From Reclinomonas americana ATCC 50394 (lineage: Eukaryota): DNA of 64,000 nucleotides. Shown piece by piece: positions 36,594 through 45,270 of the stretch. Location of the stretch: contig PS015010.1 in assembly GCA_048213135.1 (NCBI GenBank), positions 434,001-498,000 of the forward strand, written 5' to 3'. The notes below the pieces were generated by a model. It ran no database searches. It was given only the letters and a program-made list of their open reading frames with translations, and was not told the DNA's origin. A program made the position numbers and the translations under genes. The stretch's first letter is position 1; every line of letters starts with the position of its first letter.

Positions 36594-37868
36594 CTACGAA
36601 TCAATCTCCTCCACATCTCCTCCGTCGAGTAACGGTATATCACCGATAGAGGCGCCTGCAATACCTTTTACAGATCCGTACATACCGCTGGTGCTGAGTA
36701 ATACTTTTTCGAGTTGTTTTTCCCTTTCTTTCCAGAGCTTTTCCATTTGTATCCTTTCCTTGCTGATGGACTGTTTCAGCGACATGAATCCTTCCACAAT
36801 GGCTTCCATCTGCCCGCGGAATTCGTTGCCGGTCAGGTAATCATACAGCATCTGCATTTTATCGCCTTTATTCTCCTGGCTGCGCTGCACATCGTGTATA
36901 CGGAGGATGTTGCTGCGTACAAGATGCGACACGCCCGCCACTTCATTAAAACTGCATATGAGGATACCATCCTTTTCCCCGAAGCGTTCCATGTCCTTTG
37001 GAAAGGTCTGTGTTACCAGTATGGCTACGTCGGCACCACGGTTACGCATATCCGCTTTCAGTTTGTCTACCCAGCTGTTGTTCCAGCCCTTGGTGCGTTT
37101 GGATTCATAAATAATGCGGCCGCACTCTATACCCGCAGTGTTGCGCACCACCTGTATACAGTCGGCACCTTCCACGCCTTTGCCCACTTCTTCAATCAGA
37201 TCAAAGGGGAAATGTTCCCGCAGTATCTCTTCCAGTAACAGTTCCTGTACTTCGCCCTGGCGCTGCATGGAGCTTTGCTCGGCCTTGCGTTTCATTTCAT
37301 CGGCCAGTTTTTTCTGGTCGTCCAGCTGTTTTTCCAGTTCTTTCAGTTTCAGCTGGAATTCGGTTTCCTTCAGGGCATTGCGTTCCTGTTCCTGTCCGCG
37401 TATCTGTTCGGTGAGGCTATTGCGTTCTTCCTGCAGTTTCTTCTGCAGCTGGATTTCCATTTCGGCTTCTTTGTTCTTCAGTTCCTGTTCCTTTTGGAGA
37501 AACTCCAGTTCTTTCCGGCGAGCCTCTTTTAGCTTTTCCTCATTGTCCTGGTTGTTCTTCTGCAGCAGTACCAGTTTATTTTCAAAGTCGGCGGCAATAC
37601 TTTTAGTGAGTTGTTCCTGCAGTTCAGATGATATTTTCAGTTTCTCCTGCTGTAGCCGCTGGGCGAATATTTCATTCTCCTTTTTCCTTTTCTCTTCAAA
37701 CAGCGCCTGTTCTTCTTCCAGTTTCTTTTTTTCGGTTTCCACCTGTTGTAATGAGGACTGGAGTTTTTCGCGGTATTGCTGCTGGTATTTCTGTTCCAGG
37801 TCCGCAGCAATTACATTCTCCACATCGAACTGGTGGCCGCAGTTGGGGCATTTAATATGATTGGGCAT
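36594..37868 (-). CDS. DUF2130 family protein (N-terminal CxxC, long coiled coil, C-terminal RmuC-like domain)
   Basis: IKCPNCG, E/K/Q-rich coiled coil and QGEVQE...GAD...IIYESKRT. Confidence 0.85.
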   Translation of the reverse strand: MPNHIKCPNCGHQFDVENVIAADLEQKYQQQYREKLQSSLQQVETEKKKLEEEQALFEEKRKKENEIFAQRLQQEKLKISSELQEQLTKSIAADFENKLVLLQKNNQDNEEKLKEARRKELEFLQKEQELKNKEAEMEIQLQKKLQEERNSLTEQIRGQEQERNALKETEFQLKLKELEKQLDDQKKLADEMKRKAEQSSMQRQGEVQELLLEEILREHFPFDLIEEVGKGVEGADCIQVVRNTAGIECGRIIYESKRTKGWNNSWVDKLKADMRNRGADVAILVTQTFPKDMERFGEKDGILICSFNEVAGVSHLVRSNILRIHDVQRSQENKGDKMQMLYDYLTGNEFRGQMEAIVEGFMSLKQSISKERIQMEKLWKEREKQLEKVLLSTSGMYGSVKGIAGASIGDIPLLDGGDVEEIDS

Positions 37869-37930
37869 CGCCTGTTATTTTATTGATGACAAGATAAAAC
37901 AAACCCCTGTGATTAACAGGGGCGGGGCAT

Positions 37931-37965
37931 TAAAAAAGCCGTTCTTTCCAGAACAGCTTTTTTAT
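37931..37965 (-). terminator. Terminator downstream of tRNA-Leu(GAG)
   Basis: AAAAAAGCCGTTCT...AGAACAGCTTTTTT hairpin. Confidence 0.7.
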
Positions 37966-37966
37966 G

Positions 37967-38050
37967 TGCGGCAAAGGAGATTCGAACTCCCACGCCCTTT
38001 CGAGCGCTACCACCTCAAGGTAGTGCGTCTACCAATTTCGCCATCGCCGC
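37967..38050 (-). tRNA. tRNA-Leu (anticodon GAG)
   Basis: GCGGCGATGGCGAAATTGGTAGACGCACTACCTTGAGGTGGTAGCG...GTTCGAATC...TGCCGCA; long variable arm; CCA not encoded. Confidence 0.95.
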
Positions 38051-38062
38051 ATTTTGAGGGAG

Positions 38063-38070
38063 CAAATTTA
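38063..38070 (-). promoter_or_regulatory. Bacteroidota sigma-A -7 box (TAAATTTG) for tRNA-Leu(GAG)
   Basis: TAnnTTTG 12 nt upstream of the tRNA 5' end. Confidence 0.55.
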
Positions 38071-38091
38071 GGGAATAGTTTTCAAACGGGA

Positions 38092-39246
38092 TCATTTTTT
38101 CAGCACGATCCGGAATGTAGTGCCCTTGCCGGGTTCGCTCTGTTTTACGAAAAGTTCGCCCTTATGGTATTGTTCTATAATGCGTTTGCTGAGCGAAAGC
38201 CCCAGTCCCCAGCCTCTTTTTTTGGTGGTAAAACCGGGTTTGAACACTTTGCTGATATTATTTTTGTGGATGCCCTTGCCGGTATCGGCCACATCAATGA
38301 TCACCGCGGCGGATTCATTCCTGATGGTAACGCCAATACTGCCTTTACCTTCCATGGCGTCGAGGGCGTTCTTGAGCAGGTTCTCTATCACCCAGTCAAA
38401 TAAAGGACCGTTGATCATGGCGGGAATGTCCGTTTCGCCGTTGCTGTTGATGGAGAAACTCACTTTATCGGTAGCCCGGCGTTTGATATAAGTGACCATA
38501 TGCTCCACCTGTTCCAGGATGTTCTTTTCTTCCAATTGCGGTATACTTCCGATCTTGCCAAAACGGTCACTCACCAGTTTCAGCCTGTCCACGTCCTTGA
38601 CCATTTCCGTAACAATCTTTTCATTCTCCGGCATTTCTTTCAACAGTTCCACCCATCCCTGCAGGGAGGACAGGGGTGTGCCCAGCTGGTGAGCGGTTTC
38701 CTTGGCCATGCCGGCCCATACCTGGTTTTGCGTGGATTTATTGCGGGTGCTGATGGCGATGAGTGTGATGATGATGAACAACGCCACAATCACCAGCTGA
38801 ACAATAGGGTAGTAACGTACCTCCTGCAGCAACTGCGATTCACCGTAATAATATTTATTGATCAGCAACGGTTCTTTGCTCACTTCAACGATGATAGGTT
38901 CATGCTGTTTTTTGAACTCGGCAACTTTTCTTTTCAGGTAGTTGCTGTCCTTTTTCATTTTTATGGTGTCCAGGTTGAGGGGTTCACCCGAGGGAATATC
39001 ATTTTCGTTGGTTTCAATAATGGGGATGTCTTTGTTTTCAGAAGCGATGAGCGTGGTAAGGTTGATAGAGGCTCCGCTGGTATCGGCCGCCCTGGTCTTG
39101 AGTGCTTCCACCCAGGTGTTCACTTTACGCCGTTCATCTTCCTTGATCTTTCCCGCCAGGTAATTGGAATAAAAAATGGTACCGGTAACAATGGCAATAG
39201 CTACCAGTGCCAGTCCTGTACGCCAGTTGAAGAGTTGTGGAAACAT
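38092..39246 (-). CDS. Membrane sensor histidine kinase (orphan, conserved Bacteroidota type)
   Basis: Two TMs; H-box KETAHQLGTP, N-box ENLLKNA, DTGKG and GWGLGLS. Confidence 0.92.
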   Translation of the reverse strand: MFPQLFNWRTGLALVAIAIVTGTIFYSNYLAGKIKEDERRKVNTWVEALKTRAADTSGASINLTTLIASENKDIPIIETNENDIPSGEPLNLDTIKMKKDSNYLKRKVAEFKKQHEPIIVEVSKEPLLINKYYYGESQLLQEVRYYPIVQLVIVALFIIITLIAISTRNKSTQNQVWAGMAKETAHQLGTPLSSLQGWVELLKEMPENEKIVTEMVKDVDRLKLVSDRFGKIGSIPQLEEKNILEQVEHMVTYIKRRATDKVSFSINSNGETDIPAMINGPLFDWVIENLLKNALDAMEGKGSIGVTIRNESAAVIIDVADTGKGIHKNNISKVFKPGFTTKKRGWGLGLSLSKRIIEQYHKGELFVKQSEPGKGTTFRIVLKK

Positions 39247-39495
39247 GATTAAAAGTAATGACTAATTGCGAATTGTGTATGACATACCATTTGAGAGAGT
39301 ATTTCAAATCGAATATATTTCCCACAAAACACGAAGAGCACTAAGTATACATTCTGCCAGGCAACTCTTTGTGGCCTTAGCTGCTTGGCGGGAGGGCTTA
39401 TCCGCTTGAGGCCTTGTAGGAGGATATACAATTAATGATTATATTGACGTGATTTCCCGCGCTGTTTATCCGCGGAACCTAATCCAGCAATCATA

Positions 39496-41700
39496 ATGCA
39501 GCTTAATTATAAAGCCATATTCGATGTGAGCCCTTCCGCCAAACTGATCCTGGCGCCCGATGCACCCTTCTTTACCATCCTGGATGCCAACCAGGCCTAT
39601 CTCGATGCCACGCATACCATAAAGGAAGAGATCATTGGCAAAGGACTGTTCGTTGTTTTTCCACCCAATCCTTTCGACAGCTACTCCGGCGAAAGGAGCC
39701 TGGCTTCTCTGGAAGCGGCCATTTCCACCAGGAAAACCCACCTGCTGCCTGATTACCGTTATGATATTCCCATACCGGGCACAGACAAGTACGAAGAATG
39801 TTACTGGACCACTACCAATACCCCGGTGCTGGATCAGAATGGGGATATACTGTACCTGGTTCATTCCCCGGCCAACATAACCCGTGAAACCCGCGTCAGG
39901 CATGACCTCATCCTGGCAGAAGAAAGAGCAAGGCTCGCCATCGAATCGAATGAACTGGGCACTTTCGACCTTAACCTGGTCACCAATGAAGTGATCACTT
40001 CGCCACGCTTCGCTGAAATATTCGGTATGCATACCGATATGGCCCGCCATCAATATGTAGACGCGATACATCCGGAAGACATGGCCAGCCGCGACCAGGC
40101 GTATAAAGACGCCTTACGCACCGGCAAACTGCAATACCAGGCACGCATTACGCGACCCGATAAAGTACAAAGGAGGATAAAAGTGGAAGGCCGTGTATTG
40201 TTTGACGAGGACAAAAAAGCGATACGTGTTATCGGCATGCTTAAAGACAATACCCGGGAACATGAGGCGAGGGAACAGGAAAGCAAACTGGTGGCACTGG
40301 TAGATAACAGCGTTGACCTGATGTCTATTTTGCAGATGGATGGAACGAATGCCTACATCAACCAGGCCGGTATGGACCTGCTGGGTTTTGATAATATAGA
40401 ACAGGTAAAAGCCACACCTATTTCGGACCTGCATAGTCCTGAAGATTTTGCCCAGGTGGAAAACGAAGTGCTGCCTTCCGTGATGAAAGAGGGACGCTGG
40501 GCGGGTAATATGCTGGTGCGGCATTTAAAGACAGGGGAGATTTTCCCTGTGCAGAACAACTGTATCCGCATCGATGATCCGCTTAGCGGCGAACCCATTG
40601 CCGTAGGTGCGGTGATGCGTGACCTGCGCCCCGAGATCAACGCGAAACTGGCCCTGGCCAAAAGTGAATACCTGCTCAAAACGATCACCACAGCGGCACC
40701 TACAGCCCTCTGGAAGTCGGGCCCTGAAGGAGAAATAGAATATGTGAACCAAACCTGGCTCGACTGGACCGGTTCATCGTTTGAAGAGAGTAAATCCGGC
40801 TGGCTGAATTTTATTGAGGAGGAAGACAGGGAGGTTACTATTGATGCATTCACCCGCAGCATAGTATCACGTACCGATTATAACGCGGAGTTCAGGATAC
40901 GGCATGCTGATGGAACCCTGCACTGGTGTGTGGCCAATGGTAAGCCGCAGTATAATGAGCATGGTGTTTTCATGGGTTTTGTGGGCGCCTGTATCGATAT
41001 TACCGAACAAAAAAAATTACAGCAGTTAAAGGATGACTTCTTCGCCATAGCCAGCCACGAACTGAAAACACCGGTAACCAGCATCAAGGCCTTTAACCAG
41101 GTAATAGAAAAAATGCTGCAGTCGAAAAACCTGGAAGCGGAAGCCGCTTTCGCGAAAAAAGTCGACAACCAGCTGAATAAACTTATTGGGCTGATCAGCG
41201 ACCTGCTGGATACCACCAAGATCAATACCGGTAAACTCCAGTTCAATAACAGTGTCTTTTCCATTGATATACTTCTGAGTGAAGTGATCAACGACCTGCA
41301 ATACACCATCACTTCCCATCAACTGGTAACTGACCTGCAGGGCGAAGGAAAAGTATATGCCGATAAGGAACGGATCGAACAGGTGCTTTCCAACATCATC
41401 ATCAATGCCGTAAAATACTCGCCGCAGTCAAACGAAGTGCATATCGAATCTGTTGTGGAAGGCGATCATTTTTATATACATGTGAAGGATTCGGGCATTG
41501 GCATCCCGGAAGAAAGCATCGATAAAGTATTTGACCAGTTTTACCGTGTCACGCATGCGCACCAGCATACCATACCCGGACTGGGGCTGGGGCTTTACAT
41601 CTCATCGGAGATCATCAGGCGGCAGAACGGGAAAATCTCAGCGAGGAATAACGATGGACAGGGAACAGTGTTCAGCATCATGCTGCCACTGTATACCTGA
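39496..41700 (+). CDS. Cytoplasmic multi-PAS sensor histidine kinase
   Basis: No TM; four PAS/PAC-like units; ASHELKTP, NAVKYS, DSGIGI and GLGLGL. Confidence 0.92.
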   Translation: MQLNYKAIFDVSPSAKLILAPDAPFFTILDANQAYLDATHTIKEEIIGKGLFVVFPPNPFDSYSGERSLASLEAAISTRKTHLLPDYRYDIPIPGTDKYEECYWTTTNTPVLDQNGDILYLVHSPANITRETRVRHDLILAEERARLAIESNELGTFDLNLVTNEVITSPRFAEIFGMHTDMARHQYVDAIHPEDMASRDQAYKDALRTGKLQYQARITRPDKVQRRIKVEGRVLFDEDKKAIRVIGMLKDNTREHEAREQESKLVALVDNSVDLMSILQMDGTNAYINQAGMDLLGFDNIEQVKATPISDLHSPEDFAQVENEVLPSVMKEGRWAGNMLVRHLKTGEIFPVQNNCIRIDDPLSGEPIAVGAVMRDLRPEINAKLALAKSEYLLKTITTAAPTALWKSGPEGEIEYVNQTWLDWTGSSFEESKSGWLNFIEEEDREVTIDAFTRSIVSRTDYNAEFRIRHADGTLHWCVANGKPQYNEHGVFMGFVGACIDITEQKKLQQLKDDFFAIASHELKTPVTSIKAFNQVIEKMLQSKNLEAEAAFAKKVDNQLNKLIGLISDLLDTTKINTGKLQFNNSVFSIDILLSEVINDLQYTITSHQLVTDLQGEGKVYADKERIEQVLSNIIINAVKYSPQSNEVHIESVVEGDHFYIHVKDSGIGIPEESIDKVFDQFYRVTHAHQHTIPGLGLGLYISSEIIRRQNGKISARNNDGQGTVFSIMLPLYT

Positions 41701-42060
41701 TCAGGAACCGGAAGCCGTCATTACCATGTTTTCCAGTTCGGCTACATCAAAAGGTTTTTTGAGCAGGTAATCGGCACCGGCTTTTTTGGCGAGTTCGGAG
41801 GCTTCTGTGTTGGCGGTAAAGAAGATAACGGGGATGTTTTTGTATTCCGACTGTTTAATGATCTGTATCGCTTTTACGCCACCTATATCGGGCAGCCAGT
41901 TGTCCATCAGTATGGCGGAAGGGTTACATTCGGCGATATCAGCCAGCACATCATTGCAATTACTTTTACAGATCACTTCAAATCCTTTCATGCGGATGAT
42001 GATGGAGCATATTTCCAGTATATCCACATCATCGTCATAAATAAGAATGGACTTGGGCAT
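41701..42060 (-). CDS. Single-domain response regulator (receiver only)
   Basis: ATG 42060; ILIYDDD, ILMD (phosphoacceptor), FFTA and KKPF. Confidence 0.9.
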   Translation of the reverse strand: MPKSILIYDDDVDILEICSIIIRMKGFEVICKSNCNDVLADIAECNPSAILMDNWLPDIGGVKAIQIIKQSEYKNIPVIFFTANTEASELAKKAGADYLLKKPFDVAELENMVMTASGS

Positions 42061-42136
42061 CCTGTTTTTTCTTAAAGATAAGAATAAGACAGGAAGTAAC
42101 TGCAGCACGATTGCTGAATACGGTTTTATTTTTTGC

Positions 42137-42152
42137 TGCAATTCCTGCGCCG
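42137..42152 (-). promoter_or_regulatory. Candidate sigma-54 -24/-12 promoter
   Basis: Minus strand CGGCGC-AGGAA-TTGCA (GG-N10-GC), 76 nt upstream of the receiver gene. Confidence 0.45.
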
Positions 42153-42273
42153 GGCCTAAAGCTTCTACCTGGATGTTGTACCTGGCATTACCTGGCCCTG
42201 CTTTGTATTGAACTTACAAATTCAGAATAATAAAGCTATCCATGAATTTGCCACTCCGGCTTAAAGGTAATTG

Positions 42274-42304
42274 AGGGTTTTCAATCATTACGATTGAAAA
42301 CCCT
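42274..42304. repeat. Perfect 13-bp inverted repeat (hairpin)
   Basis: AGGGTTTTCAATC-ATTAC-GATTGAAAACCCT, 65 nt past the TPR gene stop. Confidence 0.75.
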
Positions 42305-42369
42305 TGGAGAGAAAACCCCATAACCCAAAACTGCGAGGTAAGTATTTTCAAAATAACACCCGGGAAAGA

Positions 42370-44022
42370 CTAATTGGTAACTTCCTGCTTTTCCAATATT
42401 CTTCTGAGTATAGCGGTGTATTTTAGTGCATCTTCGTTTTGCGGCTCATACAGTAACATGCTGTTGAAATAATTCAATGCCTGTTCATAGTTCTTCCTGA
42501 TATTGGCTTCGTAGGTACCGAGGTAAGCATAGGCCGTTAGTAAAAGCGATTTGTTTTTTAATGAGTCTTTTGCTGCGATGGAAATAAGCCGCAGGTAATG
42601 GGGAACGGCCAGTCCAAGCTCCATGCTGGTATCGATTCTCGCGTTGGCCCTTGCCCGCATTAAGCTTCCATATATTTGCTCCGGGTATTTTACTTCGTAC
42701 AAAGTGAAAACACTATCGGCCCGGCTGTAACTTTTTGAACTGTATAACGCGAGTCCCCAGTTATATAAATCAAGGTTGGTAGGTGATTCTTTCGTGATAA
42801 ATATTCTCTCGCGCCAGACGGCCTCCCGCTCTTCATTTCCCAGCTCTTTCTGAAGATTGGCCAGGCTTATCATATAGTTTACTTTTTCTTTTTGATCTGT
42901 TTCTGCCGCAATTGCCTTTCTATACCACTCTATGGCTGAGGACCTGTCATTATCAAGGTCTTCCAGTAAACTGGCTTTTAATAGAAAATCCTTGGCTACA
43001 AGTTTATCGGCAGGCTGATTTTTAAAATACTTTTCGAGATGAGTTAAAGCAGTCGCGGAATCTTTCAACGCGGCATAGCTATAAGCCATCAATTTCTGAA
43101 GTCTTGCGTGGGTAGAATCGGGCCCGGCATGCATGATTTGTTTTGCAGCTGATATGGCCTCCTTATATTTACGGGAGAGATAATACAGATCTGTTTGAAG
43201 ATAATCCATATAAATAGAAGGTTCTGCATGCCTGCGGTAGGCATCAAGCATTTCCTGAGCCTTTACAACGTCTCTTTCGACATAATAATAATAAAGTTCC
43301 AGCATCGCGGGAGAATAGTTGCTGTCAATGAGCAGGGCTTTTTTAAACCGGTCTACATAAACTTCCGGGTTATTTTGAGACTGGTATATTCGTCCGTCAC
43401 GGTAAGCTGCTTCTGCGTAGGTCTTATCAATTGATAATGCTTCATTGTAAGAGAGAACAGCATTGCCTCCATCCGTCATTTTCCTGTAAGCGTCACCCAT
43501 CATTACATAAATACCAGGGTTGCGTTTGTCTCTCTTAGCTGCTATTCTTAATAATTCTACAGCCCAGGACGGATCCCCATGCTGGCTTTCAATGTTAGCC
43601 CTCGCCACGGCTAAGAGTGCGTCTGTGTCCTTATATTTTCCCAGTTGGAGTATCCGGTCCATTTCTATACGACTACCAACAGAATCCCCGCTATTCAATT
43701 TTAAATGAGCAGCACCAATTAAGATCAGGGGAAATTTCTTTTCCTGAAGTTCGTGCTGCCGGAAAATCTGCATCCCCGCTGCTATAGTATTCGCCGCTTC
43801 GGTTTCCTTTTCCTGTCGCAGATATACCTCACTTAACCAATACCAGGCATCTGTATTTCCTGGTTCCTGCTGCACAATATTTTTTAGTACAGCCGCCGCA
43901 CGATTATAGTTTTTGTAATAAAAGTGCTTTTGGGCTTCTTCTAATGTTTGACCGCTTGCAATAAAAACAAGGGCAAAGCAAAAAATTAACGAGGTGAGTA
44001 TTTTTTTGGGATACATAAACAT
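42370..44022 (-). CDS. Secreted tetratricopeptide-repeat protein
   Basis: Signal peptide (IASG-Q); TPRs such as PGNTDAWYWLSEVY and YVMMGDAYR...A..SYNEAL. Confidence 0.82.
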   Translation of the reverse strand: MFMYPKKILTSLIFCFALVFIASGQTLEEAQKHFYYKNYNRAAAVLKNIVQQEPGNTDAWYWLSEVYLRQEKETEAANTIAAGMQIFRQHELQEKKFPLILIGAAHLKLNSGDSVGSRIEMDRILQLGKYKDTDALLAVARANIESQHGDPSWAVELLRIAAKRDKRNPGIYVMMGDAYRKMTDGGNAVLSYNEALSIDKTYAEAAYRDGRIYQSQNNPEVYVDRFKKALLIDSNYSPAMLELYYYYVERDVVKAQEMLDAYRRHAEPSIYMDYLQTDLYYLSRKYKEAISAAKQIMHAGPDSTHARLQKLMAYSYAALKDSATALTHLEKYFKNQPADKLVAKDFLLKASLLEDLDNDRSSAIEWYRKAIAAETDQKEKVNYMISLANLQKELGNEEREAVWRERIFITKESPTNLDLYNWGLALYSSKSYSRADSVFTLYEVKYPEQIYGSLMRARANARIDTSMELGLAVPHYLRLISIAAKDSLKNKSLLLTAYAYLGTYEANIRKNYEQALNYFNSMLLYEPQNEDALKYTAILRRILEKQEVTN

Positions 44023-44042
44023 ATTTTTTATTGCGCACAGGG

Positions 44043-44894
44043 TTATATATTCTCAACAGGGTTAAGCGTAAGAACCGGTGGTGCGGCATATTTTTGAATT
44101 ATATTTTTGAAGAATGAAGAAAAGAAGCCCGGCATGGCGCTCTGTTTTCCCGGATTCAGGATAACGAGGTCGGCTGATTCTGCACGGGCGTACCTTTCGA
44201 TCGCGCTTGCCACATTATCACTTATAATATTTTCAATTTGTACCTTGGCCACACAATGCTCTTTTATCAGCTGTGAGGCCTTCACCAGGTAGTGCAAAGC
44301 TTTTTCCTTTTCTTCTGCCCGGGAAACACCCAGCAGCTTTATAGTACAGGAAGCCCCTGATGCAAAGTATATTCCGTAAATGATCTTCCTGATAGGCAAA
44401 AAATCAGTAACCGGTATTACAATTGACCGCATGGGAATGATCTTCCTGTTTGCTGGCACTGTAATGACTGGGATATTTGTTTTACTTGCTATCTTGTCTG
44501 GATTAAACTTTAGTTTTCTTTTGCCGATGAACTTGCTTTTTTGACCAATAAATACAAGATCAATTTTTTGGGCCTGAACGAACTCCATGATCTCGTCTGT
44601 CCAGTTCCCCGTTCGGATAGTGATATGCGTACCGGGATTGTCCTCACTTTGATCAGATAAGTAGGTGTTTCTTATCTTATATTCAAGCTCTTTATAGTTA
44701 TCGGGTTGAGGTAAAGGAGAAAGAAGATGCCCTTGTGTTAGCATCAGCCCTTTCAATGGGCCAATGCCGTCTACATGAAGTAAATGGACAATACACTTAT
44801 GCTGCACAGCAAATTCCATCGCTTTTTCTGCCGCACTTTTTGATCTGCCAGAAAAGTCAACAGGAACAAGTATTCTGTTTACAAGTTTTTGCAT
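44043..44894 (-). CDS. Universal stress protein (tandem USP domains)
   Basis: ILVPVDFS, IDLVFIG and NIPVITVP, plus a second degenerate USP domain. Confidence 0.88.
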   Translation of the reverse strand: MQKLVNRILVPVDFSGRSKSAAEKAMEFAVQHKCIVHLLHVDGIGPLKGLMLTQGHLLSPLPQPDNYKELEYKIRNTYLSDQSEDNPGTHITIRTGNWTDEIMEFVQAQKIDLVFIGQKSKFIGKRKLKFNPDKIASKTNIPVITVPANRKIIPMRSIVIPVTDFLPIRKIIYGIYFASGASCTIKLLGVSRAEEKEKALHYLVKASQLIKEHCVAKVQIENIISDNVASAIERYARAESADLVILNPGKQSAMPGFFSSFFKNIIQKYAAPPVLTLNPVENI

Positions 44895-44939
44895 TTAATA
44901 ATAGTTCCCACAATATTAACCGGGCCAGATAAGTCCGGC

Positions 44940-44968
44940 ATTAAAAGAGGATTAAAATGTGATTAAAA
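44940..44968. promoter_or_regulatory. Triple direct repeat ATTAAAA at 11-bp period (candidate OmpR-family operator)
   Basis: ATTAAAA at 44940, 44951 and 44962, upstream of usp. Confidence 0.6.
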
Positions 44969-45062
44969 AGAAAAACAGACCTGCTGAATCCTATACTTTT
45001 GCCTGTAGTCTTTAAACTATTGTCTTCATCCCAATAAATGTATCACCCGAGGAATACTTATC

Positions 45063-45260
45063 ATGGAAAATTTAAAAAATCTGGATACGAATGCTTTGAT
45101 TGAGCTACTGGCGAAGCATACCCGGGAATATACCCAGATGCTGGCGGATCATGAAAAAGGGGAAAATTTTATCAGGTGCAGAGATATCATCGATAACATT
45201 CAAAAAGAAATATCATCCAGGGTACAAAATAAAGAGAATCTTTCGGCAAATGATCACTGA
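45063..45260 (+). CDS. Small helical hypothetical protein (65 aa)
   Basis: ATG start; fills the gap between usp and the kinase stop; amphipathic helical pattern. Confidence 0.55.
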   Translation: MENLKNLDTNALIELLAKHTREYTQMLADHEKGENFIRCRDIIDNIQKEISSRVQNKENLSANDH

Positions 45261-45270
45261 AATGACGCTG

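Noticed and set aside
37861..38403. ORF 37861-38403 and ORFs 51538-51885 / 51707-51889
   Set aside because: They overlap tRNA genes and are spurious translations.
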